IMG/VR virus record: IMGVR_UViG_3300045988_095676
Coordinates: 26,969-90,968 of that record
Length of the DNA: 64,000 nt
From: a virus
Reading direction: 5' to 3' (one strand)
Of the stretch, positions 34,306 to 43,309 are shown piece by piece. Each line of letters begins with the position of its first letter. The first letter of the stretch is position 1. The notes beneath the pieces are model-generated. The model saw only the letters and a program-made list of their open reading frames with translations. It made no database searches and was not told where the DNA came from. Made by a program: the position numbers and the translations under genes.

Positions 34306-35618
34306 AAGAGAAAATAAAAATATTGACAGATTTAGGATTTGTCCCTATGGTGGAAGGAGAAGGAAATACGTTGTTTAGAATGAACGATGTTGTGATGTCG
34401 GTGTCAGATCCTAACCAAACACCAGAGCAGTTGAAGAAGGAGGTTATGTCTTTAATAAAGAACAGAGACATAGCAGAAAGAGGCGGACAGGTTCCAGTAG
34501 TTGAAGAGCCGGCGCCTGAGACAGAGCAGGCCCAGAAGGAGGAACCGGAAGCTCCGGCGGAGGAAGCCGCTCCTAACCCTGGAGAAGAGGATTCGAATCC
34601 GTTTACAGAAAATCAGGAAACGTTAGAACCGTTTTATATCTGTGATGAGTTAAAGAAGATTGAGACTCCCAAATTCGTAAGATTGACATTAGACGACAAT
34701 CGTTTTTATGTAAGGAAGATGGATGATGGAACGGCCAAGATATATGCTTCGGTAACAACTTTAATCAAAGATGGGTATGTAGATGATAAGACCGCACTTC
34801 AGGAATGGAAGCAAGAGATGAAGATGCTTGGTCGCAATCCGGAAGAGGTGGCACAGTATGAAGCCGACAGGGGAACGATCATGCACTATCTGTACGGATT
34901 GTACCTAACAGGTAGAGATATGGTCTTAAATCGAAGCTTTGTAGTTAAGACAGTGCAAGAAGGCAAGCTGAAAATATCTAAGAAAAATCTTGATCGGTTT
35001 TTTAACAGTATTGATGATCTTGATGATATGATTGTCAGAATTATGAAGTTTGCCAAATTTTGTTCAGAGTATAAGGTTAAGCCGATGATGATTGAAAGAA
35101 TATTGTCATTAGAAGACTATTTAGTAGCTACGCCGATAGATGCGATGGTTAAAATGACATTCAAATACAAAGAAGAAGGTTATTTTGGAGCCGTGTATCA
35201 AAGGGCTACAGGGCAGTTTAAAAAAGGTGATCCGAAGAAGGAGGTAAGAGACGTGGAGAAGGAAGAAGTGGTTATTCTCGACTTTAAATCAGGGGGAATA
35301 TGGGAATCATACGCATTTCAATTAGAAGCTGAAAGAAGAATGGTTAAAGCATGGTATGGGATTGATGCACGTATTATGAACTTTTCTCCAAAAAGCACGA
35401 GCAGCAAAGGATATACGTTGAAAGAATGGACAGAAGACAGTATAGCACTTGAAAAGGCGGACTGCGTGTTCCAACAAGGTATGTTGAATCACCTTAGAAA
35501 AGATAAGAAGTTCAAAGTGAGAAAAGGAGTGCTGAATATCAATAAGCCGTACAATGAAGAGGATCATACGGTCGTGTATGATATTGCAGAGGAAATGTCT
35601 AAAAGATTCATAATATGA
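34302..35618 (+). CDS. hypothetical protein, possible PD-(D/E)XK exonuclease
   Basis: ATPIDAMVKM...VVILDFKSGG resembles a D...(D/E)xK nuclease core (compare VIDWKSG in the 45520 nuclease). Acidic Pro/Glu linker near the N-terminus. Confidence 0.4.
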   Translation: MKEKIKILTDLGFVPMVEGEGNTLFRMNDVVMSVSDPNQTPEQLKKEVMSLIKNRDIAERGGQVPVVEEPAPETEQAQKEEPEAPAEEAAPNPGEEDSNPFTENQETLEPFYICDELKKIETPKFVRLTLDDNRFYVRKMDDGTAKIYASVTTLIKDGYVDDKTALQEWKQEMKMLGRNPEEVAQYEADRGTIMHYLYGLYLTGRDMVLNRSFVVKTVQEGKLKISKKNLDRFFNSIDDLDDMIVRIMKFAKFCSEYKVKPMMIERILSLEDYLVATPIDAMVKMTFKYKEEGYFGAVYQRATGQFKKGDPKKEVRDVEKEEVVILDFKSGGIWESYAFQLEAERRMVKAWYGIDARIMNFSPKSTSSKGYTLKEWTEDSIALEKADCVFQQGMLNHLRKDKKFKVRKGVLNINKPYNEEDHTVVYDIAEEMSKRFII

Positions 35619-35848
35619 ACGATATTGTTATTCCTGAAGGAGATTATATAGAAATCGTAAAACCGATATGCATCAATCCTTTTGGTGGTTATTTTATTAA
35701 CATCAAAAGGGGTTCGAGATTAAGATTATCGAAAGATTTGAAAATAGGAGATAAATATGCAATATGTGTACTTGCATCTCATAAGAAATATGGCAAGACC
35801 ATCGAAATAATAATGCCTATATTGGTCAGAAATACAAGAAGAGTATGA
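35615..35848 (+). CDS. hypothetical protein
   Basis: ORF track, ATGA overlap. Confidence 0.6.
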   Translation: MNDIVIPEGDYIEIVKPICINPFGGYFINIKRGSRLRLSKDLKIGDKYAICVLASHKKYGKTIEIIMPILVRNTRRV

Positions 35849-36195
35849 AAAGAAAAATTAGAAGAACAGGAGAGATAATAGACGTAATCACTTTCAGTAG
35901 CTCAACTACAAGAAGCGACCATGACAGAATACAGTTCTATGGTGATAATGGGAATGTGATAAGTGAGAGTTTAAATTTTTATCTCGATACCCTTCCTGTA
36001 AATGACGAAAACAAAGATGTAGACTGGGAGCAACGTAGATTCGATCTTATCAAGGCTTATTCTATTGAGTTTGTTAAAGCACAAAATAGAAAAGGTGAAA
36101 TAGATTGCGGAGTATATGTACCAGATGTGGTGTCATGGTCTATAACTATAGCAGATAGAATCATAGAGGCGATGAGAGGAGTTAAAAATGCTTGA
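35845..36195 (+). CDS. hypothetical protein
   Basis: ORF track, ATGA overlap. Confidence 0.6.
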   Translation: MKRKIRRTGEIIDVITFSSSTTRSDHDRIQFYGDNGNVISESLNFYLDTLPVNDENKDVDWEQRRFDLIKAYSIEFVKAQNRKGEIDCGVYVPDVVSWSITIADRIIEAMRGVKNA

Positions 36196-37201
36196 TTTTA
36201 GAAAATACGAAAACGTACCTCGGTTTCAACTTGACCGCAGGCCGGGCAGGAGCCGACTGAAGCTAACCTGCCCAGCTTGCGGGAAAAGCCGGTGCCTCAC
36301 TCCTTATATTGATGTGGCAACAGGTCAGGTTGTTGGCAACGAGTTCGGAAGATGCGATCATGAACGGACTTGCGGTTACGATAAACGACCTACCGGCAAG
36401 GATGTAGGTGACAAAGATCTTTGGATTTCGGGAAACAAGTGTATAAGAGCTTATCGTCCTCCTGTAAATCCTGACGTTGTAAATTACATACCTTTTAGCG
36501 AGTTTGAGAGGACTGTGGTTCCAGACGATAGAAACACCGTATTTAGATTTTTATCGTCTCTATGGGGAAAAGAAAGGGTATCTGATGTGTTCAGAAGGTA
36601 TCATGTCGGAACAATGGACTTATGGGGATGGAAAGGGTGTTGTATATTCTGGCAGATAGACAAAGATTTTGTATGCAGAACCGGCAAGATCATGGACTTT
36701 TGTATAAAGACCGACAGCCAGGGGAATGAGATTGATGTAAAAAGAGTGAAAGAAAAAGACGGTGACAATGAGCGGCCTCATGTTATGTTTTATCACTCGT
36801 TGCATGCAAGGGACTTCTTGTTTAGACAATGCCTGTTCGGGGAGCATCTTCTAAGCCAGTATCCGGATAAGGTGGTTAATCTGGTGGAATCAGAAAAGAC
36901 GGCTATTATATGCGCTGTGAATAAACCGGATGAGTTATTTGTAGCTACCGGTGGGTTGCAGAATCTAAGACCGGAAGTGATAGATGTTTTAAAAGATAGA
37001 AAGACTGTAGCTTTTCCGGACAAAGGACAAGCATTTGAGACATGGAGTAAAAAGATAGATGGGATGATGATGAAGTCAAGGATAAAAGTATCAGACTATC
37101 TTCAAAATGTTGAAAATGTAGGAGACGGAGATGATGTGGCAGATTTGATAATTAGTAACAAAGTAAAAGAGAAATATTATGAGCCTGGACGTTTATATTA
37201 A
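36188..37201 (+). CDS. putative DNA primase (zinc finger + Toprim-like domain)
   Basis: N-terminal CPACG...CDHERTCGY zinc-binding element. C-terminal VNLVESEKTAI...VATGG...AFPDKG resembles the Toprim Glu and DxD-region. Sits next to the replicative helicase. Confidence 0.5.
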   Translation: MLDFRKYENVPRFQLDRRPGRSRLKLTCPACGKSRCLTPYIDVATGQVVGNEFGRCDHERTCGYDKRPTGKDVGDKDLWISGNKCIRAYRPPVNPDVVNYIPFSEFERTVVPDDRNTVFRFLSSLWGKERVSDVFRRYHVGTMDLWGWKGCCIFWQIDKDFVCRTGKIMDFCIKTDSQGNEIDVKRVKEKDGDNERPHVMFYHSLHARDFLFRQCLFGEHLLSQYPDKVVNLVESEKTAIICAVNKPDELFVATGGLQNLRPEVIDVLKDRKTVAFPDKGQAFETWSKKIDGMMMKSRIKVSDYLQNVENVGDGDDVADLIISNKVKEKYYEPGRLY

Positions 37202-37532
37202 GAGCAAGAAGAAAGAAGAGGATCGTAAATGGGTTGCAAACATCACCCACAACATGAACAAGATGGCACAAAAAATATTCGTATCAGAAAACAAAGAAAC
37301 ACTATACGATTATGTTTGGAGACCGGAAGAATTGGGCAGGGAAATAGATACTAAGGAGATGGTGAAGATACTCACAAAAGGTATATATATTATGATCTCC
37401 AAGAGAAAGAGTCTTTTGAGATACGAACCAGAAAACGGATGGGGGTCTTATGATTCATTTCTTAAGTTTCTTATCAAATACAAAGAGGCGTGTGAAGATC
37501 ATCCGGGTTATATAATTGAAGCAAGTAGATAA
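37179..37532 (+). CDS. hypothetical protein
   Basis: ORF track. Confidence 0.6.
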   Translation: MSLDVYIKSKKKEEDRKWVANITHNMNKMAQKIFVSENKETLYDYVWRPEELGREIDTKEMVKILTKGIYIMISKRKSLLRYEPENGWGSYDSFLKFLIKYKEACEDHPGYIIEASR

Positions 37533-37536
37533 CAAC

Positions 37537-37794
37537 ATGGAAAATTATAAAAATACTTTAAATGAGGTAGTGGTGATCGAATCGTCACCAGAAACGTATT
37601 TTGTTTACGCTATTCGTAATGCTATTCGTATCTCTAAATGTGCGTATCCGACAGCCAAGAAAGTAATTTTCAAAAGAGAGGACGTAGAGGTAGAGATCTC
37701 AGAAATGGAAACTGAAAGCAGTTTGTATGAAAAGTTTAAAGAAAAACAAAAGAATAGGGTATGGAACTTAATGAGCGCCAACAACGGGTTTTAA
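37537..37794 (+). CDS. hypothetical protein
   Basis: ATG 37537 inside ORF 37516..37794. Confidence 0.55.
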   Translation: MENYKNTLNEVVVIESSPETYFVYAIRNAIRISKCAYPTAKKVIFKREDVEVEISEMETESSLYEKFKEKQKNRVWNLMSANNGF

Positions 37795-38327
37795 GAGGCG
37801 AAATTTGTCCTTATTGCGGAAGAGAAACTGAGCTGGTAAATGCCGATAAAATATATAGCAGAAAAGGCTTAGGGATGGTTATGATGTGCAAACCATGCAA
37901 CGCTTATGTCGGTGTTCATGAATCAGGGCCGAATAAGGGAAAAGCTAAAGGCCGGCTTGCGGGGCCATCACTGAGGTCTCTTAAGATAAGAGTCCATGCC
38001 GAACTTGACAGATTATGGTCTACGCCGGAGGAACGGGAAAGGATGTATAAAGATTTATCTGAATTTCTATCTATACCGGAAGAGTACACACATATAGGTA
38101 TGTTTGGCGAGAAGACGATGGGAAAAGTCTTTCAGTTCTGTCATGTAAACAAAGAACGATCAGGTTCGAGAATAGAATGGCATAAGCCTGGAGATAAGTG
38201 CCCTAATAAGAACAATCAAATAGTGTCAGGAAGTAGCGCATGTAGAGGATGTCCTGAGTATCTCCATGATGAGAAAGATGGGTATGTCTGGTGTGATCCT
38301 GATATGAGCTACGGCAGGTTGAAATAG
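37761..38327 (+). CDS. zinc-ribbon protein (DUF3268-like)
   Basis: CPYCGRE...CKPCNAYVGVH pattern. Confidence 0.45.
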   Translation: MELNERQQRVLRGEICPYCGRETELVNADKIYSRKGLGMVMMCKPCNAYVGVHESGPNKGKAKGRLAGPSLRSLKIRVHAELDRLWSTPEERERMYKDLSEFLSIPEEYTHIGMFGEKTMGKVFQFCHVNKERSGSRIEWHKPGDKCPNKNNQIVSGSSACRGCPEYLHDEKDGYVWCDPDMSYGRLK

Positions 38328-38379
38328 GGCGCGAATTGCCTATCTTTGTGCTATTATTAATCAAAAAAAATATAAGCAC

Positions 38380-38658
38380 ATGGGCAGATCAACAGAGTAC
38401 TACAGGACTCATCCAGAAGCCAGGAAGAAAAAGGCTAAAAAGGACAAGGAGATAAATGCCAGACCGGAACAGAAAGCCAAACGCCGGGAGCTTGGTCGTA
38501 AAAACTACGAAACGGACAAGAAGAAGGGCAAGGGCTGGAGGAAAGGCAAGGATTGTTCTCATACCAAGAACGGTCTTAGGTATAAATCAGTAAAAGCTAA
38601 TAGGGGATCCAAGTCGGATACGAAAGGTGACAAAAATGCAAGAGGAGATAGCAAATAG
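38380..38658 (+). CDS. highly basic Lys/Arg-rich protein
   Basis: ORF track. About one residue in three is K or R. Confidence 0.55.
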   Translation: MGRSTEYYRTHPEARKKKAKKDKEINARPEQKAKRRELGRKNYETDKKKGKGWRKGKDCSHTKNGLRYKSVKANRGSKSDTKGDKNARGDSK

Positions 38659-39736
38659 GATAGATATAAGAAGGATATTCAAGACCTCTAAACAAGTTAT
38701 GGAAGAGGCGTATGAGAATATCTTGAAATACAGGCGGGGAGAGCTTATCCCCGCTAAAACCGGATACGATTATATTGATGAGGCTTTGCTTGGAGGTATT
38801 TTCCCTCAGCATGCTATTGCCATAGGAGCCCGGCCATCTGTAGGTAAATCGTATGTGGCCCAAAAGATATTGGAAAATGTGATGAATCCGATGATCAACC
38901 CGCAAGCAGAAGATTATTTTCTTGTTAATTGCGAGTTCGAAATGAATCCTCAAGATCTTCTTCTTCGTAGAATGAGCCAGGATATGAAAAAGCGGGCTCC
39001 TGAAATATTAAGAAGGCAAGATTCTAATACAGTAGAAGAGATGAGGATGTTTGAAATCCTTCAAGGTGAAATCAGAAATAATATAATATACATCGATGCT
39101 CCGTGTACGGTAAAAGAGTTTGAGGCGGCTGTGTATCATATAGCTACCAAACATAAAGACAAACGTCTTATAATATTTAAAGTCGATCATATTGCTTTGA
39201 TAAAAAGAATGGGATTAGATCCTAAGTCGGCTATAGATGATTTGGTGGCGGTTATGAATGAGGCTAAATTAGTATATAAAAACATATTTTTCCTCATCAT
39301 ATCCCAATTCAACAGAGAGATAGAAGGAAGGATAAAAAGTCCACAAGAGCAGCCTCCGCGTCTTTCTGATTTTTACCAATCTGATACACTGGGTCAGTTA
39401 TGTACGTTAATGATAGGTTTGCATAATCCTCGTCGGTACGGGCTGGATAAGTATATGATATTTGGGAAAGACTGGTATCAGACTCTTGATCGGTTTAAAA
39501 CTGAAAACAAAACATCATTCAGAACAGCCGGACTGGTGTTTCATCATATACTGAAAGTAAGGCAGGTTAGCATGGAAGAGCTTACTAACACAATCCACCC
39601 AGAGATTCTGCCAGGACATGGATGGATGTACGGGGAGGGCGGGACGAAGTTCGTGAATCCCAACCAGCCGCCGACGCCGCCCAAGCTCTATACTGTGGAA
39701 GACGTTACGGATAATCAAGAACAGTCAGTATATTAA
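38627..39736 (+). CDS. DnaB-like replicative helicase (RecA-like C-terminal domain only)
   Basis: Walker A GARPSVGKS, Walker B-like IFKVDHIALI, SQFNREIE. No DnaB N-terminal domain. Confidence 0.75.
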   Translation: MTKMQEEIANRIDIRRIFKTSKQVMEEAYENILKYRRGELIPAKTGYDYIDEALLGGIFPQHAIAIGARPSVGKSYVAQKILENVMNPMINPQAEDYFLVNCEFEMNPQDLLLRRMSQDMKKRAPEILRRQDSNTVEEMRMFEILQGEIRNNIIYIDAPCTVKEFEAAVYHIATKHKDKRLIIFKVDHIALIKRMGLDPKSAIDDLVAVMNEAKLVYKNIFFLIISQFNREIEGRIKSPQEQPPRLSDFYQSDTLGQLCTLMIGLHNPRRYGLDKYMIFGKDWYQTLDRFKTENKTSFRTAGLVFHHILKVRQVSMEELTNTIHPEILPGHGWMYGEGGTKFVNPNQPPTPPKLYTVEDVTDNQEQSVY

Positions 39737-39742
39737 AAAGGT

Positions 39743-41008
39743 AATAAAATTGAAATTTCAAATAGTAAAATTGATTGATGAGATTGGTTGAAAAACATAT
39801 TATTAAAGATAACAGATTTGAAGATATTTGCCTCAAATCAGGATTGCTATATAATTATGTCTTGTATAATGCGCGTAAAGGTATCTTCAATAAAGAATAT
39901 CTGAATGAATATGAATTTTCAACCAAACTTTGTAGAGAAAATCAATTTGATTTCAGGAATTTGCCCACTTCTGTTTCTCAACAAGTAGTTGGCCAAGTTT
40001 TTAAAAATATAAAATCATGGATTAGACTCAAGAAGGATTTTGAAAACAATCCTTCCAAATACGATAATTGTTGTCCTCATCTACCTTCGTACAAGAAAGG
40101 CAAGAAACAGAACATGGTTGTGTTCACAACTTCTGCTTGTAGGCTAAAGAAGGATGGTTGTATTCATTTTGTTAAAAATATAATTCAACCAATTAAAACT
40201 GAAATAGGAGATAGTAAATTATGTCAGGTTAGAATCATTCCACAATCTACATGCTATGTGGTTGAAGTAATTTATGAAAAGAAAGAACATAATCTAAGTC
40301 TTGATAAGGATAATGTTCTTTCGATTGATTTAGGATTGAATAATTTATGTTCATGTATCAGCAATGCCGGATTGGTTCCTTTCATTGTAAACGGGCGGAT
40401 TATGAAATCTTTTAATCAGTGGTACAATAAGAGGAAAGCTAAGTTAATGTCTTATGTTGGAGGTAAGGGTACTTCTGAAAGACTTAGACAGCTAAATAAT
40501 TATAGGAATTTTTGGATAGAAGACTACATCCACAAGGTTAGTCGATATATTGTCAATTATTGTATTACTAACAACATTGGTAGTATCGTAATAGGTTTAA
40601 ATAAAGGATGGAAACAAAAGATTAATCTTGGAAAGAAGATTAATCAAAAGTTTGTTGAAATACCTTTTTCAAGACTTATAGACAAAATATCCTATAAATG
40701 TAAGTTGGTAGGTATCAGCTTTCAAATTAATGAAGAATCCTATACATCAAAGGTTGATCATTTAGCTTTTGAGAAATTAGGGAAGCATGATGTTTACTTA
40801 GGCAAAAGAAAGAAACGTGGATTATTCCAAAGCTCAGTTGGAAAGTTGTTAAATGCGGATATCAATGGAGCTATTGGGATAGGTAGAAAAGTATTCGGTG
40901 ATTCATTTGTAAACATGATAATCGATAGTGGGTTTGCGTTTAACCCGATTAGAGTAAACATTTTGTAATATAGATGTGAATTTAATGAATAAAATTTAAA
41001 ATTTTAAT
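39743..41008 (+). mobile_element. solo tnpB insertion (IS200/IS605-family remnant without tnpA)
   Basis: The tnpB gene is bracketed by imperfect AT-rich direct repeats AATAAAATTgAAAtTT (39743-39763) and AATAAAATTtAAAaTT (40988-41008). It is lower in GC than its neighbours, and there is a palindrome ttgaaatttcaa at the left edge. Confidence 0.5.
39778..40968 (+). CDS. tnpB: TnpB-like RNA-guided-nuclease family protein (OrfB), RuvC triad present, zinc finger absent
   Basis: RuvC-I SIDLGLNN, RuvC-II EESYTSK, RuvC-III NADINGAIGI. There are no CxxC pairs between II and III. Confidence 0.8.
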   Translation: MRLVEKHIIKDNRFEDICLKSGLLYNYVLYNARKGIFNKEYLNEYEFSTKLCRENQFDFRNLPTSVSQQVVGQVFKNIKSWIRLKKDFENNPSKYDNCCPHLPSYKKGKKQNMVVFTTSACRLKKDGCIHFVKNIIQPIKTEIGDSKLCQVRIIPQSTCYVVEVIYEKKEHNLSLDKDNVLSIDLGLNNLCSCISNAGLVPFIVNGRIMKSFNQWYNKRKAKLMSYVGGKGTSERLRQLNNYRNFWIEDYIHKVSRYIVNYCITNNIGSIVIGLNKGWKQKINLGKKINQKFVEIPFSRLIDKISYKCKLVGISFQINEESYTSKVDHLAFEKLGKHDVYLGKRKKRGLFQSSVGKLLNADINGAIGIGRKVFGDSFVNMIIDSGFAFNPIRVNIL

Positions 41009-41011
41009 AAC

Positions 41012-41614
41012 GTGAGACTTACAGTAGAAGAAAACGAATACCTGATAAGTAAGTTCCTTTTGGTTCTTACTGAGTTTGCAGGGGATGAAAGAGAGATGTT
41101 TTTAATCAACTCCATACATGATAAGGCGGTGGCGGATATGAATTATCGTCTTCCGTCTTTAATAAGCAGAGAACGTAAAAGACGAGTTATTGAACTCCTT
41201 AAAGAAGGAACCAGAATAATCAAGGACTTTTCCGGCTATGCAGGTGATATGGGTATGATTAACGAATACGATCGCCTAAAGAAAGAAATAGGAACCGTCC
41301 AAGATCAGCTTGGCGACGTAGAAGGTCAACTTCGGGCAGCAGGAGAAGTCATAAAAAAAGAACTTGATATGATTGCTGACCGAATCAAAGAAGATCTTCT
41401 TGACCGAGAGCTGGCTAAGAGTAATGCCGAGGCCGAAAGAAAAGCCAAAGTAGATCCGAGATATGAAGTAGCTTTAGGTGATTACAAGGAGATGCTGGAA
41501 GTGATTTTTACAACCAGAAACAAGTATTCTACGGTAGATTCTGTACATGACGATCTTCGACAGTCGGTATCTACCGGTAGAAATTCGATTATCAAAGAAG
41601 GGTACAACAGTTAA
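41012..41614 (+). CDS. coiled-coil hypothetical protein
   Basis: ORF track (GTG start). Confidence 0.6.
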   Translation: MRLTVEENEYLISKFLLVLTEFAGDEREMFLINSIHDKAVADMNYRLPSLISRERKRRVIELLKEGTRIIKDFSGYAGDMGMINEYDRLKKEIGTVQDQLGDVEGQLRAAGEVIKKELDMIADRIKEDLLDRELAKSNAEAERKAKVDPRYEVALGDYKEMLEVIFTTRNKYSTVDSVHDDLRQSVSTGRNSIIKEGYNS

Positions 41615-41629
41615 AAACAAGGAGGAAAT

Positions 41630-41839
41630 ATGGAAAAGAAGGAATTTAAAGTAGGAGAAGTGTTTGATGCCGGACTTGTGAGATTAAAATGTGTGGATGC
41701 TCCAGAGCCAGACTTAGGATGTGAAGGATGTATATTTAATGACCACATTACATGCGGGTCGGTAGATGTAGTCGCAGGCCCGTGTAATCACGTAGAGAGG
41801 GAGGATGGTAAGGATGTTATTTTTATTAAAGCTGATTAG
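41630..41839 (+). CDS. small Cys-containing hypothetical protein
   Basis: ORF track, GGAGG-like SD upstream. Confidence 0.6.
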   Translation: MEKKEFKVGEVFDAGLVRLKCVDAPEPDLGCEGCIFNDHITCGSVDVVAGPCNHVEREDGKDVIFIKAD

Positions 41840-41841
41840 GC

Positions 41842-42555
41842 ATGTACATCAATTTCAGACAACTTGCAGCATCAGACATGACTCCTAATGATCTGGCTAA
41901 TCTTCTTGCTATAAGACAGAAGGATACGGTTATGATCGAAGCCATGCTGGAAAAAGATGCTGGGAGGTATATAGAGCTTGGCCTGGTTGAGAAATTAAAA
42001 TCAGGCGTGATGAGATTGACCAACAAAGGAACGTCTTTTGTGAATTATATAGAGACACCGGAGATGACAGACGAGGTTCTGGAAACGTTGAAGATTATGA
42101 TAGGAATGTACGAATCGTATTCAAAAGACATAGGTGTCAGCAGAAAAGAAGCGGAATCCAGGTTGTGTTGGTTTATGGGTAACACCTCATTCAAGAAAGA
42201 GGTCATACTTCAGGTAACGGAATCTTATATAGCAGAGTCAGGAGATTATACAATGAGCTTATGTAACTTCATATGGAAACCGCCTTCTCAGGCCTTTTCG
42301 GTCCATATGAACCTTAAAAATTCAAAGCTCTTTGACTTAATAGCTGAAAAATTTAAGATCGCTACCGAGCCTTATTTGGAGTCTAAGAAGAATAAGGAAA
42401 TGGATTGGTTGTTTGCCGTATCTAAATTGCCTACGCCGCCGGCTAAAGGCAATCCGGATTATTTGTTTACCGGAAGTTCTGAAACAGACAAAGAGCGATT
42501 GAAAAACATAAAAACGTATTTATTTAACAAAATTAGAAAGCAATGGAAAAAGTAA
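41842..42555 (+). CDS. hypothetical protein
   Basis: ORF track. Confidence 0.65.
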   Translation: MYINFRQLAASDMTPNDLANLLAIRQKDTVMIEAMLEKDAGRYIELGLVEKLKSGVMRLTNKGTSFVNYIETPEMTDEVLETLKIMIGMYESYSKDIGVSRKEAESRLCWFMGNTSFKKEVILQVTESYIAESGDYTMSLCNFIWKPPSQAFSVHMNLKNSKLFDLIAEKFKIATEPYLESKKNKEMDWLFAVSKLPTPPAKGNPDYLFTGSSETDKERLKNIKTYLFNKIRKQWKK

Positions 42556-42794
42556 GAATCAGAAAGATAATAGAGGATATAATTATTACTCAGTTTCTTA
42601 ATTCGGAAATAGATATAGTTCATGAAGAAGATGTGACGTTTAAAGAACTTGGATTAGATTCTATCGATCAAATTGAACTGGAAGTGATGGTGGAACAAAA
42701 ATTCAATATTGTTATTAATGATTATGATATGGAGACCATCAAAGATATGACTGATCTTGTTTACAAAATAATAACAGAAGGATATGGGAAGTGA
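42543..42794 (+). CDS. acyl carrier protein-like
   Basis: 83 aa, acidic. LGLDSIDQIEL matches the phosphopantetheine attachment DSL/DSI motif. Confidence 0.6.
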   Translation: MEKVRIRKIIEDIIITQFLNSEIDIVHEEDVTFKELGLDSIDQIELEVMVEQKFNIVINDYDMETIKDMTDLVYKIITEGYGK

Positions 42795-43278
42795 CATAAT
42801 TTTATGCATGGCTTTAATAGCGTCATTTGCTTTTGTTATACAGTTTTTGTTGTCGATATTAGGATCTGATCTGGATACGGATATTGATATTGATGATGCT
42901 TCTGATTTAAGTATGTCTTTGTCGGACATCATATCATTCAAGGGCATAACACATTTTATTCTTGGATATAGCTGGACTACCTACTTTTCGGGTTCCCATT
43001 TAGTAGGGGTTGTGATAGGGTCGTTTTTCTTTATCGTTTTGTTTTACGTATATAAGTTACTTCTTAAGTTAAAGCAAGAAATGGTGTACGAATGTCCGGA
43101 AGATTTAAATGGCAGAGAGGTGGAGATAGTGTTTAGATCAGGGAAGAATCATTATATGGTAAATATTTCGAAAAATGGAAGACAGGAGCAAATGAGAGTA
43201 AGATGCTTGTCTGGAAAAACTTACAAAAACGGTGACAAGGTGAATATAAAATACGAAGAAGGAGAATTAATTATCTAA
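42784..43278 (+). CDS. NfeD-like membrane protein
   Basis: N-terminal TM helices plus a C-terminal beta-rich soluble domain. It sits immediately upstream of an SPFH gene, as in bacterial nfeD-SPFH operons. Confidence 0.55.
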   Translation: MGSDIILCMALIASFAFVIQFLLSILGSDLDTDIDIDDASDLSMSLSDIISFKGITHFILGYSWTTYFSGSHLVGVVIGSFFFIVLFYVYKLLLKLKQEMVYECPEDLNGREVEIVFRSGKNHYMVNISKNGRQEQMRVRCLSGKTYKNGDKVNIKYEEGELII

Positions 43279-43309
43279 TTTTTTTATCAACAATTAAATT
43301 TTAAAAGTT

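Noticed and set aside
40932-41011. A defined omega-RNA / right-end structure for the TnpB element.
   Set aside because: Only a weak 5-bp hairpin and AT-rich palindromes are visible. Boundaries and a guide cannot be called without RNA data or comparison to empty sites.
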